DNA from: Podarcis vaucheri
Lineage: Eukaryota
Reading direction: 5' to 3' (one strand)
Length of the DNA stretch: 64,000 bases
Assembly (NCBI GenBank): GCA_965113315.1
Contig: OZ220366.1
Positions within the stretch are counted from its first letter, which is position 1, and every line of letters starts with the position of its first letter. The notes beneath the pieces were generated by a model that saw only the letters and a program-made list of their open reading frames with translations, ran no database searches and was not told where the DNA came from. Below are positions 62,996 through 64,000 of the stretch, piece after piece. The position numbers were made by a program, and so were the translations under genes.

Positions 62996-64000
62996 TTTCA
63001 ACATTGTGGAGGCTGTCTGGGCATTTTAATTTTGCATTGCTACAATATTGCATGCTGAGGCTTTTTATGCTCTCGTTGAAAAGAATGCATAGGGGACGAT
63101 TCAAAGTATTGCATGGTCAGGGGCTTCTTGTTATCATTTTGGCTAAGAAAAACTCTCCATGAGCATGCCTCCCTGCTCATAAATGAGAACAAGGAAGCTC
63201 TTGTTCATTGGAACTGTTGATCCAGGCCATGGTGTGATAAGGATAGCAAAAATAGGATTGTAAAGGATTTTTCCACTCTGTGCAATAGCTGTAGAAATAA
63301 TAAAAAGGAATAACAGCTGTGAATAATAACTGGGTTTTTACTGTACTTAACAAGTTATGGATATAGAACATTTCTCAAAGCGCAGCCCTAATTGAATGTG
63401 CTTTTTACATGTCAATCGCATCAGGACAGCACCCACTTTTCAGGAAGAGACAATACCAGTTGAGGTAACACAGTCTGCAACAAGCCTGTTCACTATTATT
63501 ATATGAACATTGCTCCCAGGGACACCCTGACAAGACATTTCAATTACCAATTTCAGCTGCAAGACATTTCAGCTGTGGAGGCAAAGTACAGAAATACCTG
63601 CCTATTAGCACCATGGGCCCTTTCACAGATTTTCATGCTCCTTATTCTCCTCCTTTTGACCTTGGTTGACTTAAGGCAGCCAAATGAGATGATACAGGAC
63701 TCTCTAGTTGAATGTGAACCACCAGTTTGCCACCTTTTCTACTGTATGTGTGGAACTAGTCCTCAGGCTTCACTTCCAGGACGTGATGGTGTCATTAAGA
63801 TATATAAGCTATATTAACTTCCCTACAATATTCCTTACAATGCTTGGAAAGAACTCTGGTCTTCAAAAAACTGGCTGCTTATAAGGGCTTAAGTACCTAC
63901 TCACAAGAAGATTCATTCACAGTTAGGTGCTCCAGTCTGCTGTTTTAAGCAGCAAGTTGATCACTAATTGTAAGTAAATCAACTCAAGAGGAAATGAAAA

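Overview
This is vertebrate genomic DNA, almost certainly from a squamate. The SINE/LINE repertoire suggests a lacertid lizard, which is an inference. I could not support any host protein-coding gene; nearly all ORFs in the track are spurious or transposon-derived. The window is an intronic or intergenic stretch with a layered TE record. LINEs: a 5'-truncated BovB with an unbroken 601-aa RT ORF and 9-bp TSD, a second short BovB, two L1-clade 3' ends with TSDs, and CR1, L2 and unassigned APE-type pieces. Other repeats: three solo LTRs, Sauria, Squam3-like and other tRNA-derived SINEs, hAT and Tc1/pogo-type MITEs, two Penelope-like ends and a 225-N gap. Several TE-poor, motif-dense blocks look like conserved enhancers. 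Best leads: (1) two different solo LTRs both read from LTR base 2 as V-x-x-W, then an acidic/Pro-rich tract, then an RRSxRL-type motif, which in one copy is identical to the HMGN nucleosome-binding core RRSARL; (2) a minimal hammerhead ribozyme in a Penelope-like end; (3) a 363-bp cluster of five CAGATG E-boxes with Sox sites; (4) a MITE carrying CCCTAA-containing tandem repeats. None is demonstrably a new biological system from sequence alone. Family names come from recalled consensus features, not database searches.
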